Assembly: GCF_000025925.1 (NCBI RefSeq)
Contig: NC_014033.1
Span: forward strand, 1,200,001 to 1,232,000
Direction: 5' to 3'
DNA from: Xylanibacter ruminicola 23
GTDB taxonomy: Bacteria; Bacteroidota; Bacteroidia; Bacteroidales; Bacteroidaceae
DNA: 32,000 nt
The notes under the pieces are model-generated. The model was not told the origin of the DNA and made no database searches. It saw only the letters and a list, made by a program, of their open reading frames with translations. The first letter of the stretch is position 1. Each line of letters opens with the position of its first letter. The position numbers and the translations under genes are program-made. Shown piece by piece: positions 31,118-32,000 of this stretch.

Positions 31118-32000
31118 TTCATTTTTTTACTTAATATCGACAGTAATGTACATACGTCGACGTTATTATCACCTGAAAGCAACTGATTGATTTTCTTCTC
31201 CAAATCAGCAGCCTTCGATTTATCTTTCTCTGGTAGAACATAGGTCTGAGTACGAACACTACTACCTTTGCTAGTTACCATATCGAATGAATATGCCTCA
31301 TTCTGTTCTTTATCGCCAACCTTCTTTGATATATCGGAATATTTCTCGCATTCGCGTAATAGATATACCAAATCATCAGCTAATTTATCTTCTTGTTCAT
31401 CACGCAATGCATCAAGTCGCTGTTCGAGAATGGTATAGCAGATTGACTGGTACCACTCAGTGCGATTATCATACTCTGTCATTACATGGTGATAGAACTC
31501 ACGTTGCTTACCTGTCAACAGATAGTCTTTAACATTGGCCAGTCGCTCACGTACTTCAACTATATATTCAGAATATTCATAACTCTGTAAGCCAAAACCT
31601 TCCACAAGTCTCGCTTCAATACGATCTATTAACTGAGTGTAGCATGTACGCAGTTCCTTTATGGCTCGCTGAATGATTCTTCCATACTCGTTAATAAACT
31701 CTTCTTGTTTCAATATTTCCTGAGTAAAGCCTAATGCATCAGGCAGATCTTCAAAGAAAGCCTTTTCTGGATCCTTAGCATTTGCAAGTACATCACGGAA
31801 TCTCATTGTTGACTCATGATCGAATTTACGAGTATGTTTGGTATATTCGTTCAAACGAACATAGAAACTCAAGAACGGCTTGATTGTCTCAATAAAATTC
31901 GAATTTGTAATAGCATGCTCGTCACCAAGATTAATGAATCGGCGATATTGGTTGAAGAAGCCCATCTTCATACCATCTACAGCAAACTTCTTAACTGCAA
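31114..32000 (-). CDS. Unassigned helical protein: either 285 aa from ATG 31971 or the C-terminal part of a larger protein
   Basis: The frame stays open from 31971 to the window edge (..AVKKFAVDG-MKMGFF..). The stop overlaps the next start (ATGA). No catalytic motif recognised. Confidence 0.65.
   Translation of the reverse strand, partial: AVKKFAVDGMKMGFFNQYRRFINLGDEHAITNSNFIETIKPFLSFYVRLNEYTKHTRKFDHESTMRFRDVLANAKDPEKAFFEDLPDALGFTQEILKQEEFINEYGRIIQRAIKELRTCYTQLIDRIEARLVEGFGLQSYEYSEYIVEVRERLANVKDYLLTGKQREFYHHVMTEYDNRTEWYQSICYTILEQRLDALRDEQEDKLADDLVYLLRECEKYSDISKKVGDKEQNEAYSFDMVTSKGSSVRTQTYVLPEKDKSKAADLEKKINQLLSGDNNVDVCTLLSILSKKMK

Larger units (their letters stand above)
16971..32000. mobile_element. 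AT-rich accessory region (genomic island); right end outside the window
   Basis: GC drops visibly relative to 1..16900. Sampled 60-nt lines give about 50% GC in the core and about 27-35% beyond 24 kb. All but one gene lies on the minus strand. Contents are primase/phage-like and defence-like. No ATGGTCA heptamer arrays occur here, and no integrase or direct-repeat ends are visible in the window. Confidence 0.5.

Noticed and set aside
24756-32000. Alternative readings of the defence operon as a 7-deazaguanine (Dpd) system, DISARM or classical BREX
   Set aside because: There is no TGT-like (DpdA) or QueC-sized protein, no DUF1998, no methyltransferase, and no PglZ or Lon-like protein in the visible 7 kb. 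The PP-loop protein has the PAPS-reductase-type C-terminal Cys cluster. These alternatives cannot be fully excluded because the operon start is off-window.

Overview
This window looks like a Bacteroidota chromosome segment, probably Prevotella/Bacteroides-like. TAnnTTTG -7 promoter boxes precede most genes. Positions 1-16.9 kb are housekeeping DNA, about 50% GC judged by eye on sampled lines. They hold a partial secreted Trp/Tyr-rich protein gene, prmA, a secreted Met-rich repeat protein, carB, yigZ and tRNA-Ser(CGA). They also hold a minus-strand TSCPD / DUF1015 / HIT / serA / four-helix-bundle / serC block, then a folK-like gene, an M64 peptidase and a TrmH-family methyltransferase that are translationally coupled, followed by mtgA, an OmpA-family lipoprotein and an Ntn(C45)-type hydrolase. 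A distinctive 7-nt tandem repeat (ATGGTCA/ATGTTCA) occurs at eight loci in this core. One strand of the repeat gives an ATG in all three frames and no stops. The other strand gives TGA in all three frames. Its orientation tracks gene ends, gene starts and two in-frame intragenic insertions (carB, folK). Inverted arrays bracket the four-helix-bundle gene between serC and serA. From about 16.97 kb to the right edge the DNA is visibly AT-richer accessory sequence with no heptamer arrays. (i) 17.0-23.0 kb is a mobile-element/phage-like replication module: an M15 peptidase, an AEP-primase fusion protein, several small ORFs and an iteron-like intergenic region. No integrase is present in the window. 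(ii) 23.4-32.0 kb is a defence-type island. It contains a HicB-like/HTH gene and an own-promoter pair of a PFWHL..DGFWHL domain protein coupled to a small multi-TM protein. It also contains a tightly overlapped operon that runs off the right edge, encoding a DndC/SspD-like PP-loop enzyme, a PLD-nuclease/SF2-helicase fusion, a DndD/SMC-like ATPase and small acidic proteins. All functional calls rest on motifs read by eye and on recalled family knowledge. No searches were run.
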